This document shows positions 17,322-25,056 of a DNA stretch of 37,103 bases, piece after piece. Source of the stretch: a virus; the UHGV virus genome UHGV-0194471, one strand, 5' to 3'. Under the pieces are notes generated by a model that had not been told where the DNA came from, did not search any database, and saw nothing but the letters and a program-made list of their open reading frames with translations. The position numbers and the translations under genes are program-made. Every line of letters starts with the position of its first letter. The stretch's first letter is position 1.

Positions 17322-18123
17322 GCTGGCGTATTGTCTGAGTCTTCCACCAAAGCGAGCCATCGGCTATCTGGAGTCCAAAGGCTATACCCTGTCGTGGGAC
17401 TGGGAAGAAGTTTGGCAGGAGGCCCACGCCCGCGCCTTTACCGTGGCGAAGGTGACAAAGCTGGATGTACTGGAAGATATCCGCCGTGCACTGGAGCGGT
17501 CACTGGCAGAGGGCAAAACCGGCGCGTGGTTCCGTAAGGAGCTGGAACCAGTGCTGAAAGAGAAAGGCTGGTGGGGTGAGAAAGAAATCACCGACCCGGA
17601 CACCGGGGAAGTGACCATCATCCAGCAAGGCAGTACCTGGCGGCTTGATACCATCTACCGCACCAATATGACGGTGGTTTACAGTGCCGGGCGCTGGGCC
17701 GAACAGATGGAAAACGTCGACGATCGTCCATATGGGATGTACTGTGCCATTTGCGACAACCGCACCCGTCAACCCCACCTCCTGCTGCATCAGATGGTTA
17801 TGCGTCTTGATGATCCATTCTGGCAGTCATTCTACCCGCCTAACGGCTGGGGGTGCCGCTGTACAGTGATAGCAATGACTGAGGCGGATGTCCGCCGCCG
17901 CGGGCTGAAAATCACGGCCTCCGGCGATGCGCTGGGGGAAACGATGAAACTGATATCGATGCAAACCGGAGAATTGCAACCGGTGGCCACCTTTACTATT
18001 GGCAATACGATTATCACCCCGGATGCGGGCTGGTCATACGCGCCGGGCGCGGCGTACCGCCCGGACTTAGCCAAATACCAGGGCGTGCTCGCGCCGCTGG
18101 CGCAACAGGAGCTGGCACCATGA
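17302..18123 (+). CDS. Head morphogenesis protein, Mu F-like
   Basis: Conserved C-terminal cysteines (…YCAICDNRTRQPH…PPNGWGCRCTV…) typical of Phage_Mu_F; follows the portal gene. Confidence 0.7.
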   Translation: MSVTSSELAYCLSLPPKRAIGYLESKGYTLSWDWEEVWQEAHARAFTVAKVTKLDVLEDIRRALERSLAEGKTGAWFRKELEPVLKEKGWWGEKEITDPDTGEVTIIQQGSTWRLDTIYRTNMTVVYSAGRWAEQMENVDDRPYGMYCAICDNRTRQPHLLLHQMVMRLDDPFWQSFYPPNGWGCRCTVIAMTEADVRRRGLKITASGDALGETMKLISMQTGELQPVATFTIGNTIITPDAGWSYAPGAAYRPDLAKYQGVLAPLAQQELAP

Positions 18124-18659
18124 TGGAGATTAAGCTGGAGGATAATGCGTTACAGCACGCGCTGAAGAGCCTGGAGATCGGCTGTAAAGATTTAACCCCG
18201 GCGATGCGCAAAATTGCCGGATCGTTACAGACGGAAACGGCGGAAACCTTCGAGGCTGAAGGTCGCCCGGCATGGGTGCCGTCGCTGGCGGCGAAGAAAC
18301 GCGGTGGCCCGACGCTGCGCGATACCGGTGCGCTGGCGCGGTCAGTGACCACGCAGTACGACGCGCAGCACGCGGTAGTAGGATCTAATCTGGCCTATGC
18401 CGCCATTCACCAGCTCGGCGGTGAAGTGAAGCGTAAAGGCCGCAAAGTCTACTTTAAGCAGGGTGAGAATGGCCGCGTTGGTCGTCAGTTTGTGAAGAAG
18501 AAAAACAGCAACTTTGAACAGAACGCTGCCGACCATACCGCCACTTATCCGGCACGTCCGTTTTTGCCTGTTGATAGCGACGGCAACCTGACCACCCGCG
18601 CAAAACGGGTGGTGCTGGCGACGATTCTGCGCCATCTTGAATCAGCGGCCCGTAGATAA
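18120..18659 (+). CDS. Virion morphogenesis protein, Mu G-like
   Basis: 179 aa after the F-like gene; resembles Mu G. Confidence 0.55.
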   Translation: MMEIKLEDNALQHALKSLEIGCKDLTPAMRKIAGSLQTETAETFEAEGRPAWVPSLAAKKRGGPTLRDTGALARSVTTQYDAQHAVVGSNLAYAAIHQLGGEVKRKGRKVYFKQGENGRVGRQFVKKKNSNFEQNAADHTATYPARPFLPVDSDGNLTTRAKRVVLATILRHLESAARR

Positions 18660-18837
18660 GCCATTTCTCCGCGCCGGGCGGATGCCCGGCTTCACCGCCC
18701 AACCTGCTTTATAAAGATTTATAAAGCCCTTTACGCCCCGATTTTTACCTTCTCTTTCCCCGCAGTGATTAAAGCGCTTTAAAAGCGATTTTCGCCCGTT
18801 TTTATAAAGCTATTCCCTGACGTACTACGGAGGGAAT
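18660..18837 (+). promoter_or_regulatory. Repeat-rich intergenic region upstream of the protease/scaffold gene; candidate late promoter
   Basis: Hairpin GCCGGGC-ggat-GCCCGGC (18673..18690); three copies of TTTATAAAG (18708, 18718, 18801); palindrome AAAGCGCTTT; GGAGGG RBS before ATG 18838. Confidence 0.4.
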
Positions 18838-19929
18838 ATGCCCGCACCTATTCATATCTTTAAATCCGGCACGCATACCGCGATGAACGGTACGCGGATG
18901 CCGTTCACATCGGCGGAGCTGGCTGCCTGTGCCGCCGCCTACGATCCGGCGGTGCATGAAGCGCCGCTGGTTATCGGCCATCCGGCGCATGACGCTCCGG
19001 CCTACGGCTGGGTGAAGTCGTTAACCGCCTCGCAGGATGATTTGCAAGCCGAGCCTGACCAGGTTGATCCGGCCTTTGCCGAACTGGTCGGAGCCGGACG
19101 TTACAAGAAAATCTCCGCCTCGTTCTATCTGCCTGACTCCCCTAATAACCCAAAGCCCGGCGCGTTGTATCTGCGCCACGTGGGTTTTCTCGGTGCGCAG
19201 CCGCCTGCCGTAAAAGGCTTAAAGCCCGTCGAGTTCAGCGAGCAGGAGGAAGGCGTGGTCGAGTTCGCCGACTGGGGACTTTCAACCAGCGCAGGGATGT
19301 TTGCCCGCCTGCGCGATTTCCTGATCAGCAAGTTCAGCCTCGACGAGGCCGACAGCGTTTTGCCGGCCTGGCAAATCGATGCGTTACGCGATGAGGCGCA
19401 GCGTGATGACCCTAAACCCGATCCGGCTTTCAGTGAGCCAAAACCTGAACCAAAGGAGAAATCCGTGACTGAAGAAGAAATTAAGGCGATGCGCGAAGAG
19501 AATGCCCGCCTGAAAGCCGACGCTGCTGACCGCGCGAAGGCTGATGTAAAACGCCGTGCCGACGAACTGCACACTGCTAACGTCTCCTTTGCCGAGGAAC
19601 TGGTGACCGGCGGCAAGCTGACGCCTGCGGCTAAAGGCGTGGTTGTCGCGCTGCTGGATGAAGTAAGCAAAGGCGATGCGCCGGTGGAGTTCGCCGAGGG
19701 CGATGTGAAGAAACCACTGGCGATGGCCTTTAAAGAACTATTGACAGGCGCTGCGCCGGTGCTGGATTTCAGCGAAGTTGCCAGCAAAGACCGCGCCAAC
19801 CGCGACGTCGTGCGCACCGTCGATTTTGCCGACGCCGACCCGGAGCAACTGGCGGTGCATAACAAGGCCGTGGCGCTAGCGAAGGCTGAAGGCATCAGTT
19901 ACGAAGCTGCCGTTAAACGCTGCTTATAA
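18838..19929 (+). CDS. Head protease / scaffold protein (Mu I-like)
   Basis: 363 aa upstream of the major capsid gene; Mu-I-like N-terminal region and charged helical C-terminus. Confidence 0.6.
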   Translation: MPAPIHIFKSGTHTAMNGTRMPFTSAELAACAAAYDPAVHEAPLVIGHPAHDAPAYGWVKSLTASQDDLQAEPDQVDPAFAELVGAGRYKKISASFYLPDSPNNPKPGALYLRHVGFLGAQPPAVKGLKPVEFSEQEEGVVEFADWGLSTSAGMFARLRDFLISKFSLDEADSVLPAWQIDALRDEAQRDDPKPDPAFSEPKPEPKEKSVTEEEIKAMREENARLKADAADRAKADVKRRADELHTANVSFAEELVTGGKLTPAAKGVVVALLDEVSKGDAPVEFAEGDVKKPLAMAFKELLTGAAPVLDFSEVASKDRANRDVVRTVDFADADPEQLAVHNKAVALAKAEGISYEAAVKRCL

Positions 19930-19940
19930 AGGAGGAAAAA

Positions 19941-20879
19941 ATGCCAAATCATTTACAGGGTAAACGCGTCGTTAACCCGATCCTGACCACCGTCGCGCGC
20001 GGTTATAAAAACGCGGCGTTTATCGGGGAGAAGATTTTCCCGGTGGTGGAGATGGATAAAGAAGGCGCAACGGTGCCGACGTTCGGCAACGGCGTGTTTG
20101 CCGTCTATGAGACGAAACGCGCCGTGGGTGCTGACAGTAACGTCATGATCCGTGAGAAAACCGGTTCGGTAGATATCGTGCTGGATGAGCACGACCTTTC
20201 CGCGCCGGTGGATTACCGCGAAAGCGCCGAGAGCATCTTCGACGAGGAAGCAAAAGCCACCCGTCGCGCCACCAATGGCATCCTGTTGCGCCGTGAAGTC
20301 TACGCGGCGGCGCTAGCGCAGGATGCGAAAATCTATAAGCCCAATGCGAAGAAAGTCTTCACTGCGGCGGATTGCTGGGCCAACGGTCAGGGCGACCCGC
20401 TGCGCGACGTTGAAACCTATATGGATGCGGTACGCAATAACGTCGGTCTGCGCCCGAACATTATCACGATGGGCGCATCGGTGATGACGCTGCTGAAATT
20501 CCACCCGGTGATCCAGGCGGCAATCGGCGCGAACGAACGCAAGATTATTACTACCGATATTCTCAAAGAACTGTTCGGCGTGGATGAGGTGGTGGTCGGT
20601 AGCCCGGTATCGCTGGGCAAGGATGGTAAAGCTGCCGATCTCTGGAAAGACAATCTGATGGGCCACTACGTCACCCCGCCACAAGGTGGCGCGGCGTCTG
20701 CCGATGAGAATGAGCCATCGTTCGGCTATACCTTCCGCCGCAAGGGGATGCCTGTTATTGACCAATACGACACGGCAGGCGGCAAAGTGCGCAATTGTCG
20801 CTACACCGATATCTATAAGGTCGTTGTTGTCGGTTCTGACGCCGGGTTCCTGCTCTCTGGTCTGAAAGGAGGTGCATGA
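19941..20879 (+). CDS. Major capsid protein (Mu T-like)
   Basis: 312 aa directly after the protease/scaffold gene; resembles Mu gpT. Confidence 0.7.
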   Translation: MPNHLQGKRVVNPILTTVARGYKNAAFIGEKIFPVVEMDKEGATVPTFGNGVFAVYETKRAVGADSNVMIREKTGSVDIVLDEHDLSAPVDYRESAESIFDEEAKATRRATNGILLRREVYAAALAQDAKIYKPNAKKVFTAADCWANGQGDPLRDVETYMDAVRNNVGLRPNIITMGASVMTLLKFHPVIQAAIGANERKIITTDILKELFGVDEVVVGSPVSLGKDGKAADLWKDNLMGHYVTPPQGGAASADENEPSFGYTFRRKGMPVIDQYDTAGGKVRNCRYTDIYKVVVVGSDAGFLLSGLKGGA

Positions 20880-21217
20880 TGGCCGTCACTCAACAGGTCA
20901 TTCTGACCACCACCGTCGTTGCCGTTGACATCATTCTCCAGCAGCACTTTGTCGGCTTTGACGGCAAGGTCTGCGCGGCGGGTAAAGCCGTTCTCGGCGT
21001 CGCGGAAACCGATGCCAACGCAGAGGACGCCGTTGGCGTCAATGTGCTGGGGATTATTGCTGTTGAAGCAGGCGCAGCAATTGAAGCCGGTGCTTCCGTC
21101 CAGTCCGATGCCGAAGGCTGCGCCATTGCGAAAACCGGTAGCAACGCTGTCGCCGGAATCGCGCTGGATGCGGCAACGCAGGCGGGAGATACCGTGCGCA
21201 TTCTGCGCGGGGCGTGA
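20876..21217 (+). CDS. Small head-associated protein (Ala/Val-rich, possibly DUF2190-type)
   Basis: 113 aa immediately after the capsid gene; AAAGGAGG RBS. Confidence 0.45.
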   Translation: MMAVTQQVILTTTVVAVDIILQQHFVGFDGKVCAAGKAVLGVAETDANAEDAVGVNVLGIIAVEAGAAIEAGASVQSDAEGCAIAKTGSNAVAGIALDAATQAGDTVRILRGA

Positions 21218-21660
21218 TGATGGACTACTGCACCCCGGACGAACTTACCCTCTCGCTACCGTGGCAGACGCTGGTCTGGCTGTCGAATGAGGATGCCACG
21301 GCGACCACGGTGAATGAGGCCGTGGTGCAGGAAGCAATACGCCATGCTAACGAGCGCGTCGATGCCTACCTGCGCGGGCGCTACACGCTGCCGCTGCCGG
21401 AAGTGCCAACCGTTATCCATGACGTAGCCGTGTCGATTACCCGCTATCGCCTGTACGCCCGTCGCCCGGAAGGAGCGCTGCCGGATGCGGTAAAGGACGA
21501 CTACAAAGACGCCCTGAAACAGCTTACCGATATTCGTGATAACCGGATGACGCTGGCTCTGCCATCCACCGAAACCGATGCGCCGGAGTCCGGCGAGTTC
21601 CGGGTGCGCGCGCGGACGGCAACGTTTGGCGGCGCTAACGGCCTACTGGAGAAATACTGA
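21214..21660 (+). CDS. Mu gp36-like protein (DUF1320), head-tail connector/completion
   Basis: 148 aa in the conserved position after the capsid genes. Confidence 0.5.
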   Translation: MMMDYCTPDELTLSLPWQTLVWLSNEDATATTVNEAVVQEAIRHANERVDAYLRGRYTLPLPEVPTVIHDVAVSITRYRLYARRPEGALPDAVKDDYKDALKQLTDIRDNRMTLALPSTETDAPESGEFRVRARTATFGGANGLLEKY

Positions 21661-22124
21661 TGGACACATTAACTATCGTCGATGACGTGGTGGCGCGACT
21701 GCGCACCAAACTCCCGGCGCTACAGGTGGAATATTTCCCGGAGAAGCCAGAAGAGTTCCGGCTTAACCACCCGGCTGGCGCGGTGCTGGTGAGTTATATC
21801 AGCTCGAAGTACGACAACCCGGATGACACCTGTGCCGTCGTTCAGCCGCAGACCGTCACGCTGTGCGCCACTGTCATTATGCGCCAGCTTAACGGGCGCG
21901 GTGGTGCAGTTGCGGTACTTGAACTGGTGCGCCGTGCGCTCGGCGGCTGGCGTCCGGTGAACTGTCACCGCCCGATACGGCTGAAGCAGGACACGTTTAT
22001 TGGCGAAGTGGCGGGACTCTGGCAGTACGCGCTGGAGTTCGTCACCGACACTATGTTTGTAGAGGACAGCGAGGCGGATGAACTTCCGCTGCTGGTCAGC
22101 ATCGATTATGAGGAAAAATTATGA
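21660..22124 (+). CDS. Mu gp37-like protein (DUF1834)
   Basis: 154 aa, syntenic with Mu gp37. Confidence 0.5.
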   Translation: MDTLTIVDDVVARLRTKLPALQVEYFPEKPEEFRLNHPAGAVLVSYISSKYDNPDDTCAVVQPQTVTLCATVIMRQLNGRGGAVAVLELVRRALGGWRPVNCHRPIRLKQDTFIGEVAGLWQYALEFVTDTMFVEDSEADELPLLVSIDYEEKL

Positions 22125-22351
22125 AATTTATTTACCGCGGCCCGGCCAGCGGCGTGACGTTAGCCGATGGCGCAGAAGTGCTGCTCTGGCCAGAGCATGA
22201 GGTGGAACTGCCGGAAGATCTGGACTATGTGCAGACGCTGCTGGCGCTGAAGCATCTCACACCAGCGCCAGTTGAACCCGAAGTGGTGCCTGAACCTGAA
22301 CCACAACCCCTGAAGGGTAAAAAAGAGAAGGAGACAACCAGTGGCAGCTAA
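22121..22351 (+). CDS. Small protein preceding the sheath gene (Mu gp38-like)
   Basis: 76 aa with a proline/glutamate-rich C-terminus. Confidence 0.4.
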   Translation: MKFIYRGPASGVTLADGAEVLLWPEHEVELPEDLDYVQTLLALKHLTPAPVEPEVVPEPEPQPLKGKKEKETTSGS

Positions 22352-23756
22352 TTATTTACACGGCGTCGAGACTATCGAGATCGAACGCGGCCCGCGCCCG
22401 GTGCGTACCGTTAAGTCGGCGGTGATTGGTCTTGTAGGAACGGCTCCGGCTGGCCCGATTAACACATCGGTATTGTGCCTGTCAGAGAAAGACGCGGCGC
22501 AGTTCGGCTCGCAGGTTTCCGGGTTCAGTATCCCGCAGGCACTGGATGCGATTTATGACCACGGCGCGGGAACGGTGGTGGTAATTAACGTGGCCGATCC
22601 GGCAAAGCACAGCGTAACGGCCTCTACCATCGCACGTCGGGTTGATGATAATCATCAGATCAGGCTGGACTATGGCGCGGTCAGTAATGTCGTTTTGAAG
22701 GTGTCGGGCGCGAGTTCAGATTTAAGCCCGGCAAATTATACCGTTGATGCCGGAACTGGCGTTGTTACATGCCCGACGGTTAACGCAGGCGACACGCTGT
22801 TTGCCACATATCGTTATATCGATCCGACAAAAATCACCGCTGCCGATATCATCGGCGCGATCAATGCCGCAGGCCAGCGTATCGGGATGAAGCTGCTGGA
22901 GGATACCTATAGTCTCTATGGTTTTAAACCGAAAATCCTGATCGCCCCGGTGTTCTGTACGCAAAAATCGGTCAGTACCGAGCTGATTGCCCTGGCGGAA
23001 AAGCTGGACGCTATCACCTATATCGATGCGCCAGTTGGCACGACCTTCAGCCAGGTGCTGGCAGGCCGTGGCGCATCCGGGACTATCAACTTCAATACCA
23101 GTTCCGAACGCGCCCGTCTGTGCTACCCGCACGTTAAGGTGTATGACTCTGTCACCGACAGCGAACGGCTGGAGCCGCTTTCCTCCCGCGCCGCTGGCCT
23201 GCGTGCCAAAGTGGATCTGGATAACGGTTTCTGGTGGAGCAACTCCAACCAGGAGATCCTCGGCATCACTGGTGTGGAACGTTCGCTGTCGGCGATGATT
23301 GATGACCCGCAAAGCGAGGTGAATCAACTGAACGAAAACGGCATCACCACCGTTTTCAACAGCTACGGCACCGGGATGCGACTGTGGGGCAACCGTACCG
23401 CCGCCTGGCCGACCGTTACCCATATGCGCAACTTTGAAAATGTGCGGCGCACCGGGGATGTGATTAACGAGTCGATCCGTTACTTCAGTCAGCAGTATCT
23501 GGATATGCCGATTAACCAGGCGCTGATTGACGCGCTAACCGAATCGGTGAATGCCTATGGCCGCAAGCTGATTGGCGACGGCGCATTGCTGGGCTTCGAG
23601 TGCTGGTATGACCCGGCGCGTAATGAGCAGACCGAGCTGGCCGCTGGCCATCTGCTGCTCAGTTACAAATATACGCCGCCTCCGCCGCTGGAACGGCTGA
23701 CGTTTGAGACGGAAATCACTTCGGAATATCTGGTTAATCTGGAAGGTAAACGCTGA
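22341..23756 (+). CDS. Tail sheath protein (Mu L-like)
   Basis: 471 aa, directly followed by the tube gene. Confidence 0.7.
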   Translation: MAANYLHGVETIEIERGPRPVRTVKSAVIGLVGTAPAGPINTSVLCLSEKDAAQFGSQVSGFSIPQALDAIYDHGAGTVVVINVADPAKHSVTASTIARRVDDNHQIRLDYGAVSNVVLKVSGASSDLSPANYTVDAGTGVVTCPTVNAGDTLFATYRYIDPTKITAADIIGAINAAGQRIGMKLLEDTYSLYGFKPKILIAPVFCTQKSVSTELIALAEKLDAITYIDAPVGTTFSQVLAGRGASGTINFNTSSERARLCYPHVKVYDSVTDSERLEPLSSRAAGLRAKVDLDNGFWWSNSNQEILGITGVERSLSAMIDDPQSEVNQLNENGITTVFNSYGTGMRLWGNRTAAWPTVTHMRNFENVRRTGDVINESIRYFSQQYLDMPINQALIDALTESVNAYGRKLIGDGALLGFECWYDPARNEQTELAAGHLLLSYKYTPPPPLERLTFETEITSEYLVNLEGKR

Positions 23757-24280
23757 TGGGCGGAAAAATTGAAGTTAACCGTATTACCAACGCCAATATC
23801 TATATCAATGGTAATAACCTGCTGGGCCGCGCGGAGGAGATTAAGCTGCCGGATATCAGCATGATTATGCAGGAGCATAAGGCGCTGGGGATGGTCGGCA
23901 AGATTGAGTTGCCCGCTGGGTTCGACAAACTGGAGGGCGAAATCAAGTGGAACAGCTTCTATCGCGAAGTGATGCGCCATGCGGCTAACCCGTATAAGTC
24001 GCTGGCGTTGCAGTGCCGTTCGTCTATCGACCGCTATAACTCAACGGGGCGTATCGATGAAATCCCGCTGGTGACGCACCTGACGGTAATGTTCAAGAAG
24101 AATCCGCTGGGGACGTTTAAGCAACATGAGAACCCGGATTTTTCCAGTGCCTTTAGCTGCACCTATATCAAGCAGGTGGTGGACGGCGAGACGCTGCTGG
24201 AACTGGATTATCTGGCGAATATCTTCAAAGTGAATGGCGTGGATCAGTTGAGCACCTATCGCGCCAATATCGGCGGTTAA
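23756..24280 (+). CDS. Tail tube protein (Mu M-like)
   Basis: 174 aa immediately after the sheath gene. Confidence 0.65.
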   Translation: MGGKIEVNRITNANIYINGNNLLGRAEEIKLPDISMIMQEHKALGMVGKIELPAGFDKLEGEIKWNSFYREVMRHAANPYKSLALQCRSSIDRYNSTGRIDEIPLVTHLTVMFKKNPLGTFKQHENPDFSSAFSCTYIKQVVDGETLLELDYLANIFKVNGVDQLSTYRANIGG

Positions 24281-24328
24281 CCACTCATTAAAGCTGTTTA
24301 ATACTGTTTGTTTCATCCCTCCTCAATA

Positions 24329-24355
24329 CTGTCCTCAGTTCAACACTGAGGACAG
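24329..24355 (+). promoter_or_regulatory. Perfect 10-bp stem hairpin enclosing the Shine-Dalgarno of the tail chaperone gene
   Basis: CTGTCCTCAG-ttcaaca-CTGAGGACAG; the GAGGA in the 3' arm lies 8 nt before ATG 24361; direct repeat AATACTGT upstream. Confidence 0.45.
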
Positions 24356-24360
24356 TCACC

Positions 24361-24663
24361 ATGACAGACACATTCAAACTGCAATACCCCTTCACCGCAC
24401 CCTCCGGGCAGCGTATCGACGAACTGCAACTGACTCGCCTGAAGGTCAAAGATATGCGTGCGGCTCGACGTATCAGCGATAAACCTGAAGACTGGGACGA
24501 ACCGCTACTGGCGGCGATGACCGGACTGGTGCCGGAAGATTTGGCCGAAATGGATCTTGCTGACTATCAGGCGTTGCAGAAACGATTTCAGAACATGCTT
24601 GGGCTGGGCGGCGAACCCGCAGCAACTGTGGCAGGCGATGGCGCTGCTGGCACGGTGGTTTAG
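24361..24663 (+). CDS. Tail assembly chaperone (between tube and tape measure)
   Basis: 100 aa in the conserved chaperone position; an open +1 frame extends to 24763. Confidence 0.55.
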   Translation: MTDTFKLQYPFTAPSGQRIDELQLTRLKVKDMRAARRISDKPEDWDEPLLAAMTGLVPEDLAEMDLADYQALQKRFQNMLGLGGEPAATVAGDGAAGTVV

Positions 24664-24737
24664 GTTTCAACCAGGGGAAATTGACAATCTGGCGGTCGGG
24701 GATTTTGAACGCTGGCTTGATGAGGCCAGCGCCCAGA

Positions 24738-25016
24738 TTAAGCGTGAGAACGGCGGCGGTTGAGTACCCATTCGGTGATGCTGCCGACAAGGGCGAACAG
24801 GAAGGCCAGCAGGGAAATGGCCGGGCTAAATAACCAGCCTGCCAGTGCGGTCAGCAACAGTACACCAACGCTGCCCACACCAATCATCAAAGTTGCCGCC
24901 AGCCCATCATGGCAGTTATGCAGGGTATAGCTGACCACATGAAACAGCGCCCAACCATCCACCGCCACAATCGCGGCGATCAATAGTCCTTTAAACAGGG
25001 TTAATGCGTTGTTCAT
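24738..25016 (-). CDS. Minus-strand small membrane protein (3 predicted TM helices) inside the tail operon
   Basis: 92 aa; AAGAGG RBS 5 nt before the ATG; fills a gap between chaperone and tape-measure genes that no plus-strand gene covers. Confidence 0.5.
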   Translation of the reverse strand: MNNALTLFKGLLIAAIVAVDGWALFHVVSYTLHNCHDGLAATLMIGVGSVGVLLLTALAGWLFSPAISLLAFLFALVGSITEWVLNRRRSHA

Positions 25017-25056
25017 AACGCCTCTTTTTTATTGTGGTTTTCCGGGAGTGTAAAGC

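Noticed and set aside
16966-17427. Several overlapping minus-strand ORFs across the portal/F junction
   Set aside because: Antisense to well-supported portal and F-like genes in a GC-rich region.
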